Origin: Catajapyx aquilonaris
Lineage: Eukaryota
Assembly: GCA_000934665.2 (NCBI GenBank)
Contig: KZ538555.1
Coordinates: forward strand, 1 to 62,513
Direction: 5' to 3'
Length of the DNA: 62,513 nt
Made by a program: the position numbers and the translations under genes. Positions within the stretch are counted from its first letter, which is position 1; every line of letters begins with the position of its first letter. The notes under the pieces were generated by a model. That model had not been told where the DNA came from. It did not search any database and saw nothing but the letters and a program-made list of their open reading frames with translations. Shown here in pieces: positions 24,545 through 37,356 of this stretch.

Positions 24545-25162
24545 ATATTGTCGTATGTCCACTTTTGGTCCATTCAGAGATTCTCATATGTTCAAATAGC
24601 CGAACACGTAAAGTTGTGTCTCCAATCACTGTTTCATGCAAAGACGCAAAAATGCGTCCGTAACAAGCAGTGGAATATTGTCGTATCTCCCAAAGCTTGG
24701 ATTCCTTCCTGCAAGTTTATCGTATCTCCATATAATCCAATCACCAGGCAGCACGAGGATCACGTAACCCTCTTCACATCAATCTGAGAAAAAGAAAGAT
24801 TTCAAAGCTATGCTGAAGTTCATGCCTGAAGTTGATAGAGTGTTCTTTCAATTGTTGATACGTAAAAAATAATATCATGTTCCAGTTCATGCCTCTGACT
24901 GAGATTAAATGTACCTTGACCCATTTTTTGTAATGCAAAGGTAATGATGATCAAGTTCATGCCTCATACTGTTGAAGTGTATTGAAGCATTATTTAGAAT
25001 TTAAAGGTATGTTCAAGTTCATGCCTCATACTGTTGAGGTGTATTTTGAAACATTGATCAATAAAAACATTTTCGTAGGAAATATACTTCATTGCAATGT
25101 TGTATCTCCAGCAAAGAGTTGAGTATTCCTACCAAAGTTACGTACTAATGTCGTATCTCCAA
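24545..25162. repeat. Degenerate 60-70 bp tandem repeat region
   Basis: Recurrent cores GTCGTATCTCCA (about 6) and AGTTCATGCCT (24817, 24884, 24954, 25016). Confidence 0.6.
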
Positions 25163-25751
25163 ACCGGAAGCCCTGATTTCCACTGTTCCTGTTATTCGTC
25201 AGCGATGATACGAAGTTCTGGCTGGATGTGAAGGGGGAATACCCGGGCTTAAGGGGGTGCAGTAGCAAAAAAATGGCAACGCATTTCATGGGGAACTTAA
25301 TTATTTGTTGTGAAATGCGTCGTTAATTCCAAGAAACACGCATGCAAAGGTTTTGCCTGTACAATGGTCCCATACTTGACACGATTGCATTAAAATTGTG
25401 GACATGTGGCCGCAGAAGTGTGCCTGATTTTTTCGCACTTGCTCCGCCATGTTATTCAAATGGACTTTTTGGAGACATCGTTTTCTGCTGACTTCAACTC
25501 TCCACAAAGGTCATTGCTAGGCGGAAAATGGAAAAAGACGAACTATGTCCCTGTGCCACATCATCCACTTTTTGGTGCAATTTCTGTGTTGATATAACCA
25601 TTTTTGCAGCCATACAGAGTGTATGTTTTCTGGAAGGGTGGCAATGGGGGGGGGGGTTGCACATTTATGGAAACATGTTTAGGGAGTCGAAATCAGTCAA
25701 AGGTTGGAAACCACTGAGCTAAGGTAGCATAAGCTAACATAACCTTAAATA

Positions 25752-26495
25752 CATGGTGTCCCTAAATGATTGTCAACTTTTGAAGAGTTGCTTAATTTCT
25801 ATTAGTTGTGGTGTGCAATGACAAGACACACATAGAACGAAAGAGCACATCTTGAAGTTTTTATTGCCCACAGAAATGTTGGTTCCTCACTTTGCCGCGA
25901 GCCACATATGGCCACTCCACAAAATGGTGTCTCCCAAACAGAAAGCGTTCTGTGTCCTGCAGTTTGCAAAGCTTGGTTCGGTAGTGGCTGTTCAGCAGGC
26001 CTGCCGGCGACAGTACGGAGGACGTTATGCCCCTCCCTACAATAATTCAATGGTGGTTCCAGAAGTTTCAGACGACGGGATGCCTTTGCAAGGGCAAGGA
26101 TCGGTGGATCGGACGTGGCTGTCAGCAAGATCTGGTTTTTCTCCAGTGGCCTCCAAGGTCTCCCGACCTCACCCTGTGTGACTTTTTTCTCTGGGGGTAT
26201 GTAAAGGACCAGGTCTTCGTACCACGGCTACCTACCAGCCTGTGAGTTGAAACGCAGGATTGTTGCTGCTGTGGAATCAATCACACCAGACAAGCTAGCC
26301 AGGGTGTGTAGAGAATTGGACTATCATCTTGATATGTGTCGTGTGACGAAAGGTGCTCATATTGAGCACTTGAAGTGTGTGCAATAAAATCTTCAAAATG
26401 TGCTATTTCGTTCTATGTCTGTCTTGTCATTGCACACAGCAACTAATAGAAATTAAGCAGCTTTCAAAAGTTGACAATGATTTGGGGACACCCTG
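25752..26495 (+). mobile_element. Internally deleted Tc1/mariner-superfamily transposon
   Basis: TA-flanked TIRs CA(T/G)GGTGTCCC.AAAT.ATTGTCAACTTTTGAA; N-terminal MVSPKQKAFCVLQFAK joined to RWIGRG...WPPRSPDLTLCDFFLWGYVKDQVF. Confidence 0.9.
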
Positions 26496-26813
26496 TATAA
26501 TTAATACAGCATTCTCTGTAATTTGGAAGAGTTGTGACTTTGTACCATTGCAAGGAAATGGTAGCCACAGAGTAACTATTAAAAGTACTCTGGTGAAAGG
26601 AGTAAACAATAAAAATACAACTTTCTGTGCTATGCTGTGATATGTGGTATGTGGGTTGTCATATTATTTAAGGGGTAATAAAAGTAACTTTGCCTTTTGC
26701 TCATGATGGTAGTTGAGCCTCTATTAGTGCTTGTTTGTTTGGAGGCAACCTTTATTTTTGAAAACAAGGACATTCCTGAATTCACTTTGCTCATATGGAT
26801 GATCCATTTGCAG

Positions 26814-26968
26814 GGAACAACAGGCATATATCTGCAACTACAGAGAGCATTGGTTCACCATCCGCAAGATAGGCAACCAGTGGTTCAACCTCAATTCCCT
26901 TCTCAGTGGACCAGAGCTTCTTAGCGACACATACTTAGCCATGTTCCTTGCACAGCTACAGCAAGAAG
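26814..26968 (+). CDS. ATXN3: Ataxin-3 coding exon 4 (Josephin, catalytic His and Asn)
   Basis: EQQAYICNYREHWFTIRKIGNQWFNLNSLLSGPELLSDTYLAMFLAQLQQE; phases 2/1 are consistent. Confidence 0.96.
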
Positions 26969-27007
26969 GTTGGTTACTACATTTAATTACCATATTACCT
27001 CACTTAA

Positions 27008-29462
27008 AGCGGCATGCCGGTATAAAACGAGGTCGACCAGCAATGCCGATATAACCCGGCGGTGGCCTGCATGCCGCAACAACCCAGGTAGATTTCCATC
27101 ATTTTGATCCTTGTCAAATAATTTGGAATGAATCTGTTACTGTACAGTGTACAGTACTAAAATAATGTTACGATGAAAATTGTGCGAGTACAGGGCTGTG
27201 AGAATATGCAAGTTCATCTGTTGCATAGGGCACAGAGTGTGACCAATCCCATATTTCGCCTGCTCTGAGAGTTGCACCCCCCTAAACATCACAGAGGATC
27301 AAGACAAATTCCTTTATAGTCCGGACGTTAAGGGATTCAACCGTGCATTTGGTGAAAAAAGCATGAAATTTGGTACAAATGTCCCTGAGAGCATACTCTT
27401 CAAATTCAGATATGGCGCCACGCCCGTTTTCGCCCAGGAGGCGGGTTGGCTATACTGAAGCGAGTGACAAGTCTTTTTCTGAGCGAACTATGCTTCCTAG
27501 GCGGATATGTGCCAAACAAATGTTGTGGGGAAACATGTATCCTACAAAAAGTATATAATAACTTTTTCACGTACGGTCAGTATTTTCGGAGCTACAGCGA
27601 CTTGAACCAAATTAAGGGACGAAAAAAAAGTCACCCGTGCATTGGTGAAATTTGGTAAGAATGTCCCTGAGACCATACTCCTCCAATCCAGATATGGCGC
27701 CACGGCTGTTTTCGCCCAGGTGGCCCGTAATTGCGGGTTGGCTACCCTTCAGCAAGTGAAAAGTCTTTTTCTGAGCGAACTATGCTTCTCAGGAGGAAAT
27801 GTGCCAAACAAAGGCTGTACAGAAACATGTACTCTACAAAAAGTATGAAGTACCTTTTCCACGTCGAGTCCTTATTTTCAGAGCTACATCGACTTGAACC
27901 CATAGTCCTGGAATTAAGGGATGAAATGGTCAACCGTGCACTTTGGTGATGAAGACATGAAATATGGTAGGAAGGTCCTAGGGACTACACTCTTCAAATT
28001 CAGATATGGCGCCACGCCAGTTTTCGCCCAGGAGGCGCGTAATTGCGGGTTGGCTACCCTTCAGAGAGTGAAAAGTCTTTTTAAAGTCGCTGTAGCTACG
28101 AAAATAAGGACTCTACGTGGAAAAGGTACTTCATACTTTTTGTAGAGTACATGTTTCTGTACAACCTTTGTTTGGCACCTTTCCTCCTGAGAAGCATAGT
28201 TCGCTCAGAAAACACATTTAACTGGCTTCAAGGTAGCCAACCCGCAATTACGGGCCACCTGGGCGAAAACGGCCGTGGCGCCATATCTGTATTGGAGGAG
28301 TATGGTCTCAGGGACATTCCTACAAAATTTCACCAATGCACGGTTGACTTTTTTTTCGTCCCTTAATTTGGTTCAAGTCGCTGTAGCTCCGAAAATACGG
28401 ACCGTACGTGGAAAAGTTACTATATACTTTTTGTAGGATACATGTTTCCCCACAACATTTGTTTGGCACATATCCGCCTAGGAAGCATAGTTCGCTCAGA
28501 AAAAGACTTGTCACTCGCTTCAGTGTAGCCAACCCGCCTCCTGGGCGAAAACGGGCGTGGCGCCATATCTGAATTTGAAGAGTATGCTCTCAGGGACATT
28601 TGTCCCAAATTTCATGCTTTTTTCACCAAATGCACGGTTGACCCATTATTCGTCCCTTAACGTCCGGACTATTAGTCCTGGGCAATTCCACGAAAGAGCA
28701 GACATGGGGTGCGGTTCTTACATCTTGACGCAGTTGGAATCTGAGTGACTAAAACCGATAGCATGTGGACCATGGTTTCCTTAGCCATGTTAGTTTGTGA
28801 CAGTGTCATTCCCAACAACACAGTATTATTCCCAGAGTATCTAAGCATGCGCTCTGTGATATCCGTTCGGCTAATGTGCTTTGCCAGCTGGTTATTCGCT
28901 GTACCAATATGTGAAAGGAAGAGAGACAGACGTCTTCATATTATTCAAGGGCACAAAATGCAACATCGATCTGTGCAATCACTTTGCTGTATTCATGAAT
29001 GTGTGACCTTCCACAGCCACACCAGAATGTATCCAAAGGGCAAAAACTGACCTAGTGCCTATTTCAGTGCAGCCATTATAAGATTATGAATTCACAGACA
29101 TTCCAATCTCCAAAAATTTATGCTACTCCCAGTAAATCGCTGTAGGTTGTACGTAACGATGCCGGGTGGTACGTAACGGGTGGATATCTCAAATGTTTTC
29201 ACGTTCAAAATGAGAATTGTCCCAATCTAATGGCATGATGAGGTTCCTCGCACCCTACTGCCCCACATGCACTTGAGCTTCGAAACCTGTGCTGTCAGAT
29301 TTCGCAGAGTTTCCCCCTAGTTGCATATACCCCAGAAACTGGTGTCCAATGATGGATTGTACGTAACGAGATTTCAGACAATCGCACACGTGTGGATACG
29401 TATAACCACCAGGTCATGCATTTCTAAAAACTGGTCGACCTCTACTCCACCAGCATGCTGCT
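27008..29462. mobile_element. Kolobok-like non-autonomous element
   Basis: TTAA|AGCGGCATGCCGGT...GAGGTCGACCAG against CTGGTCGACCTC...ACCAGCATGCTGCT|TTAA. Confidence 0.7.
27316..28672. mobile_element. Fold-back element built from about 290-bp tandem units, nested in the Kolobok-like element
   Basis: TIR ATAGTCCGGACGTTAAGGGA; about 2.5 units forward then about 2 inverted; mirrored ORFs 27370+ and 28420- have nearly identical translations. Confidence 0.85.
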
Positions 29463-30013
29463 TTAAGTGAAGTAATAGTAATACGGTACAAAGAATCTCT
29501 TCCAGGATTGATGTGGCTATATATCATGAGAATTTCAAATGGAAATTGTTCAGGTTGATAACATTAGATGAAAAGTGAAATTCTGTTGTTAAATATTTTC
29601 TTCTCTGAGTAAGGAAAATGTGAGCCTGAATGTTGAAATTTTGCTCTTTTTTTTTGCATTTGACATGTCAGCAGAAGATACTAGGAACCTGGCATAATTT
29701 TTACTTTAATTTTTATGACAATTGCAGATGATGGTTAATTTTTTAAATAAATTGTTTACGAACTATAAATGCAATAAAATTTAAAATGCATGTAAGCATG
29801 ATGCCCTCTTGTAATACCCCATGTGGGGTATTGCCACAGTGTTAAACCACCATTGATTTTATTAAATATAAGTGTCAGTGAATGAAAGTGGAATATTCAT
29901 TGCTTAGAATATGGTTACTAATAGGAAATGATATGGATGAAACACTTTTTTGCATTTACTATTTATCATTCAACCAGGCCTAAATGAAGTGAGAAACCTA
30001 ATTATTTCTTCAG

Positions 30014-30406
30014 GTTATTCCATATTTGTGGTATTTGGCACATTGCCAGAATGTGATGCTGATGCCTTACTGAGGCTGACTCCTGCCATACAGTCAGTAA
30101 AGCCCAAGCTTCTGACTGAGAGCAAGCCAAGTAGCAGAGAGAGTAAGAAGGATAGTGATTCATTGGACGACGAAGATGATGAAGAACAGCTCAAGCTGGC
30201 ACTAAGGATGAGCATACAAGAAATGGATGAGGAAGAAGAAGCTCTACAGGTAGAGAGGCTGATAAAGCTGACTTCTCAAAAAGGTGCATCCAGCGAAGAG
30301 CCAGATATAACTGGGGAGAACGAAGGAATTGTGAAGGACAAGGAAGCAGAATGCGACTTGGAAGAGGAAGAAGAACTAAGGAAAGCCCTTCAGATGAGCT
30401 TAGAGT
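30014..30406 (+). CDS. ATXN3: Ataxin-3 coding exon 5 (end of Josephin, UIMs)
   Basis: GYSIFVVFGTLPECDADALL...DEEQLKLALRMSIQ...EEEEELRKALQMSLE; CAG acceptor, GTGAGT donor at 30407. Confidence 0.93.
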
Positions 30407-31397
30407 GTGAGTTTTTGCTTGGATCATTTCATTTTAATGTTTCAATCTGTAAGGTGGATATGAAGCAAATCCTATAATAGGCGTGTGTATAATAGGCATA
30501 ATAATAATTTATAGTGGATAACATTTAAAATGCAAACATGTGAAAATATCACATATATGCTCAAAAATGTCTGAAGTATTTATCAGTATAAAAACTACAG
30601 TGAATAAATCAGAACTGGCCTCAGAAAAAAAAGAAATGTAAAAAGTGTGCCATCTAGCCCCTGTCTCCCCTACTTGTATGTAGAAAGCCAGGCGAGGGTG
30701 GAAATATTTGGATGCAGAAGTGCAATTTCCAATCCAAACTGAGCCTTGGAGTACTTTTTAACATGACTAAACCCAGAAACTCTTTGTCGCACTCCAGGTC
30801 AGTAATTTGCATTCCACATGAAAGTCAGGAGTGCAAACTTTGCACCTGGATAAAAAATTTAAGATTTGACCCCTGGAAAGCAGAGGATAGTGCATTCTTA
30901 ACTAGTCTCTCATTCTACACACAAAATGTGGTTGTTTTTTAAAAATGTCACTGTCAATGTGTATGTGACTCGCTATTATTTTGTGCAAGATAAGTGGGGA
31001 AAATGTTACTGTAGCTCATGTTCCTTAACATCACATGTCAATATTTACCAACATACTCACATAAAAAGCTTATATTACTCAGCCAGTTAACTGGGTAGCA
31101 GCTTTCAGGTGAAGTGAATAGACAGGTGGATAGCTTTACCACAGCAGCCATATATGTAAAAGGCGATTTGTATCTGGATACCCATCTCAAAGGCTCATTG
31201 CAGCTGCTGTGGGAAAATCGCTGTTTAGTGTAAGTGATATTTTGTCACTGCTACTTTGATGTACTGCATCTACTCAAATGTAGCCATTATTCCCATCACT
31301 AGTCACAAGTCAGACATAGGTCACAGAAAATAATAGCCACAACAGGATAAAGATCAAATTGTGATGTTAATTAATGCCTTCTGGTTTCCATTGACAG

Positions 31398-31504
31398 GTT
31401 GTGAGGAGAATCCTGGGCCTTCCAGAGAACCTACCATTGAAGAACTGAGGCAGAAGCGTTTAGCTTTGCTAGATAGAGTAGATAAAAAGGACCCTAACTC
31501 ATAG
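31398..31504 (+). CDS. ATXN3: Ataxin-3 coding exon 6 (VCP-binding-like motif, stop)
   Basis: CEENPGPSREPTIEELRQKRLALLDRVDKKDPNS*; TTGACAG acceptor; total CDS 981 nt = 326 aa. Confidence 0.88.
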
Positions 31505-32187
31505 CAGCATACTTTCACAAGAGATTTACAATTGTGTACCTGTATATATAAATACAATATTCTCAACATTAAAAATGCAACAAAAAAGCCAAATTCAATG
31601 CAAAGGAGTTGATGTGTCTAGTCCTGGTATTGGATATTTCGTTTTCTCCCGATGTTAACACTAAATTGTTTGTTACTTGTTCATTGTAGTTGGAACATTT
31701 GTAAATGCTCGATGACTTTAAAAGTTCCCAATTTTTTTCATTGATGTATGGAGTATTTGTTTTTGCTGTAAAGATGTCCCTATTGAATTTTTACCAAATT
31801 GTTTAAGCAAATATTATTCATTCAGAATGTTACTAATGCAGTTGAATTTGTAACCCATGAAATCACAGGAAGTCCTTGTTGTACATAACTGTTATGTTCC
31901 CAAAGGTTGAAATCAAGAGCAAATCATTACTGCACTGAAACTATGGTGAAGCCTGTCTGTAACATAATTACTCCATTTTCCTAATATGCCATGCTGGACA
32001 GGTTTCCATGGGTTATGGGCATATGACAAAAATACATTTAAAATCTTCACGGGTCCAAGCAAAAATTCCATCGTGACAAGTTCCTGCTGAATCCAGCATC
32101 CTTTACAGACAAGTTTCACTGATTTAAAATGCCAGAGTTATGTTGTAATGTCACAAGCCTACCCCTAGTTTCACTGTTTCATAGCTA

Positions 32188-32420
32188 GAGGCACTTAGAG
32201 CAAAAGTGGCTTAAGTCCAAAAATGTCAAGTCTGAAAATTCACCAGAAGTGCTCCAAGGGGAAGGCTACTATAAATAAGATTATGCCATCTACTGGCTGA
32301 ATGCCTACGTTAGGACTTACACCATTTTCGCCCAAACTTGGAGTAGTCTTTTGAATGCGATGGCAGTCTGATCTCAAAAATGGCATTTTTAGGCTTAGGC
32401 CACTTTTGTTCTAAGGACCT
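32188..32420. mobile_element. MITE
   Basis: AGG..CTTAGA.CAAAAGTGGC.TAAG inverted ends. Confidence 0.65.
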
Positions 32421-32423
32421 ATA

Positions 32424-33355
32424 CAGGGTGTTTCTGAGCTATCTTTACAAACTGCTAGGGTGTGTAGGGGACGCAGAGACAATCAGTTTTGACCAATGCA
32501 CCCGTGGTCAGAAATGTCCTCTAGAAGGGGTTCATAGACAAGGAACGGGTCCACTCAGATGCGTCACGTGGGAGGCATAGGCAAGCGGACTGTTTTATTG
32601 ATAGATGGCGCGCATGTTTTTTCCAGGTTGTGGCATATCGAGTCGTCGTAAGTAAACAACGATGCGATATGCCATAACCTGACAACAACAGAACTGCTGT
32701 TTACTATCTGTGGGTATCCTAGGAGGCAGACTTAGTTTCTAGATGGCTCTGTTGTTTTCTATCGGAGCACCATTTATCAACACAACAGTCTGCCTGCCTA
32801 GCGCCTCCCTCGTGACGCATCGGAGCACACCCGTTCCTTGATCGTCTCTGCCTCCCCCACACACCCTATTCCACTAGTTTATGACAAGGTTCAGTATTTA
32901 CCTTTCCTGGGCCATTGAAGGTCCGNNNNNNNNNNNNNNNNNNNNNNNNNNNNNNNNNNNNNNNNNNNNNNNNNNNNNNNNNNNNNNNNNNNNNNNNNNN
33001 NNNNNNNNNNNNNNNNNNNNNNNNNNNNNNNNNNNNNNNNNNNNNNNNNNNNNNNNNNNNNNNNNNNNNNNNNNNNNNNNNNNNNNNNNNNNNNNNNNNN
33101 NNNNNNNNNNNNNNNNNNNNNNNNNNNNNNNNNNNNNNNNNNNNNNNNGGGGGGGGGGGGGGGCGTTCAAGGTCACATGAGCTTATGTGAATATGGGAGA
33201 TTGGAAGCACTTTTCCCAAAAAAAAATGTAAGTAATTTCTAATGCTATTTCAAACTGTCCTGTATATCGTCGCTGTCCAGACAAAATTGCGTCACGGTCC
33301 GCCAGTTGAATAGCCCTGCCCTAGCAGTTTGTAAAGATAGCTTGGAAACACCCTG
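32424..33355. mobile_element. Tc1/mariner non-autonomous element spanning the assembly gap
   Basis: TA|CAGGGTGTTTC..AGCTATCTTTACAAACTGCTAGGG at both ends; same TIR family as 49098. Confidence 0.75.
32926..33148. other. Assembly gap (223 N)
   Basis: Run of N followed by poly-G. Confidence 1.
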
Positions 33356-34482
33356 TATATTATACAGTGTGATTCACTTGCTGTGCAACAGTTTTTGTGA
33401 TATACCTGTGGAGCGGATGAATAGAGCAAAACGATGTAATGGATAGGAATCCTCACTGTATGAAGGTGTAAGCCACTGACAATCCCCATGCAAATAATGA
33501 AGAACTAGTGCATTTGCAAAAAAAAATAGATCATGTGATGTGCAAGACATCCAGACATTGAATCATAAAGTATTTTCCATGTCACTAAAATGACCCAAAT
33601 CATACTTGTCCTCTCATGAAGCTTGATTTGCAGCAAGTTCATGAATCAAATGAATGACTAAGTTACTTTTGTATGGCTACTTCAGCAAGTTGGAGCAGCT
33701 AATGTGTTACATGTCAGATAAGAGCATATATGAAACCTGGAATTTCCTTGAAATCCAGATGATTTCAAGAAGGATTGTGGCTCCTAACAGACACACCTGA
33801 TCCCTCCACACTATTATTACAGGTCATCTGTGAAGAAGACCAGCCCTGTTTTGCTATGAATAGTAAAGTGTCCAGGTATCATACAAGGACTAGATCAATT
33901 TCATCTCTTCAATATGAATGCTGCCACTGTGATGCACATGACCTTGATCCAAGTTCATCCAGCCAGGAAAAAGCAAGAAAACATGTGTATGAATTATGTA
34001 CCACTGAATTCCCTACCACCAGATAAAATGGTTCATATGAGAACAAGGTTGTGCACAAGGCAGTTTTGGCACCAAAATGTTTGTTGTTGTGAAGATTTGT
34101 AAAACGTATAACAAGGACCGCTTGTAGTTATTGATATAACGAAGTAAAACAAATACTTGTGGTTACAAAAGAAAGCTATGTTACAAAAAATTTCTACTTT
34201 GCTTTCAGATGTTTTCTGCTCTTCTTTATCTTCCCCTTAATGATCTTGAATTCTAACTAAGTGACACTTCCTTTTCAAATGTGCATTGCCTGCTCACAAT
34301 TTGTAATACAAAATACCATTTTTATCGCGTTTTCCATGGGCATGATGTGTTAAATTTATGTGTATATTTCTAACTTTGTGTAGTAATAAAAATTCACCTT
34401 CTTCCTGAAACTCATTGCTGAAATAGGTTACACTGTAATACTTCCAAAGTGGTCTCGTCAGTAAGAGCATTTATTTAAATCA

Positions 34483-34718
34483 CTAGCTGAGATACCCGGC
34501 GTTGCTCGGGAAGAAATGAATGGAAAGCAAGCTGAAATGGACAGGCCAAAAAAAAATACATGTAATTAAGAATCTTAATTAAAGAAAGGCCGGGTCGGAA
34601 GGACGGGGGAGGTTGGAGGTGTAGGAGGCGGACGACAGATGACAGGCAAATGGCGGTTGGCGTTCCAGGTGGACAGACAAACAGACAGACAGATCACAAA
34701 CGGCTTTATTTATATAGA
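34483..34718 (-). mobile_element. Non-autonomous Helitron
   Basis: Minus strand A|TCTATATA...(CTGT)n...CCCGAGCAACGCCGGG hairpin...CTAG|T; no TSD. Confidence 0.82.
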
Positions 34719-34849
34719 TATCAAAAACATTAATATAATGAATTAATGAAAACACACTAAATTACAGGTAAAACTCCATAGTACATGGATTGATTCATAA
34801 GTCATTACTCTTATTTTTCAATTCAAAAATCGTAATATATACAGACTGT

Positions 34850-35490
34850 TCGTTTTGAAGCTCTGGCAATTACAATTTGGTCTGCTATATAGATTTCGCC
34901 CTTATTGCAAGGGGAACAGGGAAACAAAAGGGGATCGTGACCCGCACTGCACCATCGCCCTAAGACGGCCCGAGCCTGACATGCGTGGAGCCTTTGAAAG
35001 TTGCATGCAGGAATCTCAGCGATGGACAACACGGGAGCTTGATTTTCAGAGTGGGACAAGTCAGAGCACTATGCTTAGGACTCTGAAAGACTGAATGGTC
35101 TCATGAAGTTGGCATTGTCATTGGCTTCCTCACAATTTCTCTGAGGTGCAAAAGTGGCACCACTTTGCCCTCGCCAAAAAACATTTAGAACTTGATTGCA
35201 TTGAGGGCGATGGTTTTCTTAATGGATTGGGATATGGATGACACATGGCTTGGGTCATAGTGCTCTGACTTGTCCCACACTCGAAATCAAGCTTCAGTGG
35301 TGTCCAGATCCGAGATTTCTGCCTGAAACATTGAACAGCTCCAAGTGCATCAGGCTCGGGCCATCTTATGGTGCTTGTGCGGTGGTGGGTCACATTCTCA
35401 CAATCCCCTATTGTTTACCAGCCCCCTTGCGATGTGGGTGACATCTGTATACCAGAAGAAATTGTAATCGCCAGAGCTTCAAAACAAAGT
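34850..35490. mobile_element. Decayed fold-back mariner-like relic
   Basis: TTTTGAAGCTCTGGC.ATTACAATTT inverted ends; internal GGGACAAGTCAGAGCACTATG also inverted. Confidence 0.6.
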
Positions 35491-36188
35491 AAAGTTCATC
35501 TCTGTAATTTACATGTTTCCATTTTTGAATTTAAAAATACATGCAATGACTTGTGAATCAGCCCAGGTATTAGCCAATATATTGATAATTGGCACCATAG
35601 GATTCGCTTAAAATTCCTTTTGCCATTGCTGACTAGATTGGCACACATGGGATAATCTGCATGTAATGCTATAATCACTTCATGTTATAATACTGTCATA
35701 CAGTTATTACCTCTGAACTCATTGACATACATGAATAAATTCTGTACCATGATTTAAGCATGCTACCATTTACTACAATTTAACAATGCAATACGTAAAG
35801 CGTAATCGATAGTTTGGAATTTATTGCTCCCATGTCAGATGATTGTACATTTATGAGTTTTAAATAACTTGGAACTTTAGACTTTAAAAACCTGCTTGCC
35901 ACAGATGGCAATGGCAGCACGGTATTCACTGCACATTACGATACATTCGTATATACACATTCGTATATTATGAATAGTCTTCCATCTCACTTTTGACGTA
36001 GGAGAACTCCTTGAGAACATCCATTATGCTACTATGGGATGGGGCTCCCACGCTTCCTGATGTCGTGCCTTTTACAAAATGGTACCCAGCCCTGGCAACA
36101 TTTGAGGAGCTGTTGAACAAAATGGTCTCAGAAAAAAATTAGCATTTTTTTGAGTATCAGCAATAAAATAATAAATCATCATTGTATA

Positions 36189-36777
36189 CAGGGTGGTCGT
36201 AACTGGCGCCCCCGCTGTTCTCGTAGCGAAATTCCTTGTGAAAAACCAGTATAGGGAAGTGAAAGTCCGAGTGGCCTATGATACGTGATTATCGCTCACA
36301 AGGCCTCTGAAAGTTGGAACCAAATCATGACGTCACATCCGCCTGTACCATTCAAACGCTACCATATCACTAGTGTATGCAGTTCATGACGCAAAGAAGC
36401 GATTCTCACCATCTGACAGTGTTTCTGACAGTGGACAATACAGGCAGTAGAGGTTGTTGTGAGAGTTGCTAGAACATGTAGTACTACTCTACAAGAGCTC
36501 CATAGGCAAGTCGCGCCTCACCATTCATTCTGGTTGTCCCATTCGATCCTATGTACATTGGCAATAGGTGTCACTGCACACCACCTGCATACAGTAGCGA
36601 TATTGTAGCGCTTGAATGGTGCATGCCGATGTGATGTAATGATTTGGTTTCAACTTTCGGAGGCCTCGTGAGTGATAACCATGCATCATAGGACACTTGG
36701 ACCTTCACTTCCCTATGCTGGTTTTTCACAAGGAATCTTGCTACGAGAAGATTGGGCGTCATTTACCGACCACCCTG
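36189..36777. mobile_element. Fold-back Tc1/mariner MITE
   Basis: TA|CAGGGTGGTCG...CGACCACCCTG|TA with about 200-bp arms. Confidence 0.82.
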
Positions 36778-36784
36778 TATATGT

Positions 36785-37349
36785 TAGGTGCAAACTTGAA
36801 AACGACCATTGAACTAAAAATCCGAGCATTTCGCAGAATGCTCTCTTCAAAACAGGCAGATCGTGAAATGCTCCTTTTAAAAAGGCCAGAACTCTTCTGG
36901 ACTACACAAAATGTCAGGACGCGAAATTAGTGTTGTGGGTGGTTCAGAAAAGCTCATAACGCGCTGTAGCAGTTTCTTGTTACCCACTATGCCATGCACA
37001 TTACTTGTAGATAACAACAATAGAGTGATTTATTTCCAGCATCTACATAACGTAGTGGGAAACAAGAAACTGCCACAGAGCGTTATGGCTCTTTCTGAAC
37101 CAGCCACAACACTAATTTCGCATCCCGACATTTTTGTGTAGTCCAGAGGTCTGGCCTTTTTAAAAGGAGTATTTCGGGGTCTGCTCATTTGAAAACGAGC
37201 ATTTCGCGATCTGCCCAGTTTAACATGAGCATTTCACATGAAATGGACGGTTTGAAAAGGGGCATTTCGCGATCTGCCCGTTTCGAAGAGGCATTTCGCG
37301 AAATGCTCAGTTTTTTTTGCGCAATGGCTGTTTTCAGGGTTTTCGCCTA
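36785..37349. mobile_element. Palindromic non-autonomous DNA element
   Basis: TAGG.G.AAAC.TGAAAAC..CCATTG ends; repeated GAGCATTTCGCGA motifs; palindromic core. Confidence 0.7.
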
Positions 37350-37356
37350 TCATATA

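Noticed and set aside
24545..25162. Short repeats at about 65-bp spacing resembling a CRISPR array
   Set aside because: Cores are only 11-13 bp, the spacers resemble each other, there are no cas genes and the context is a eukaryotic intron; best read as a degenerate minisatellite or TE subterminal repeat
32866..33219. ORFs spanning 32866-33219
   Set aside because: Artefacts of the N gap
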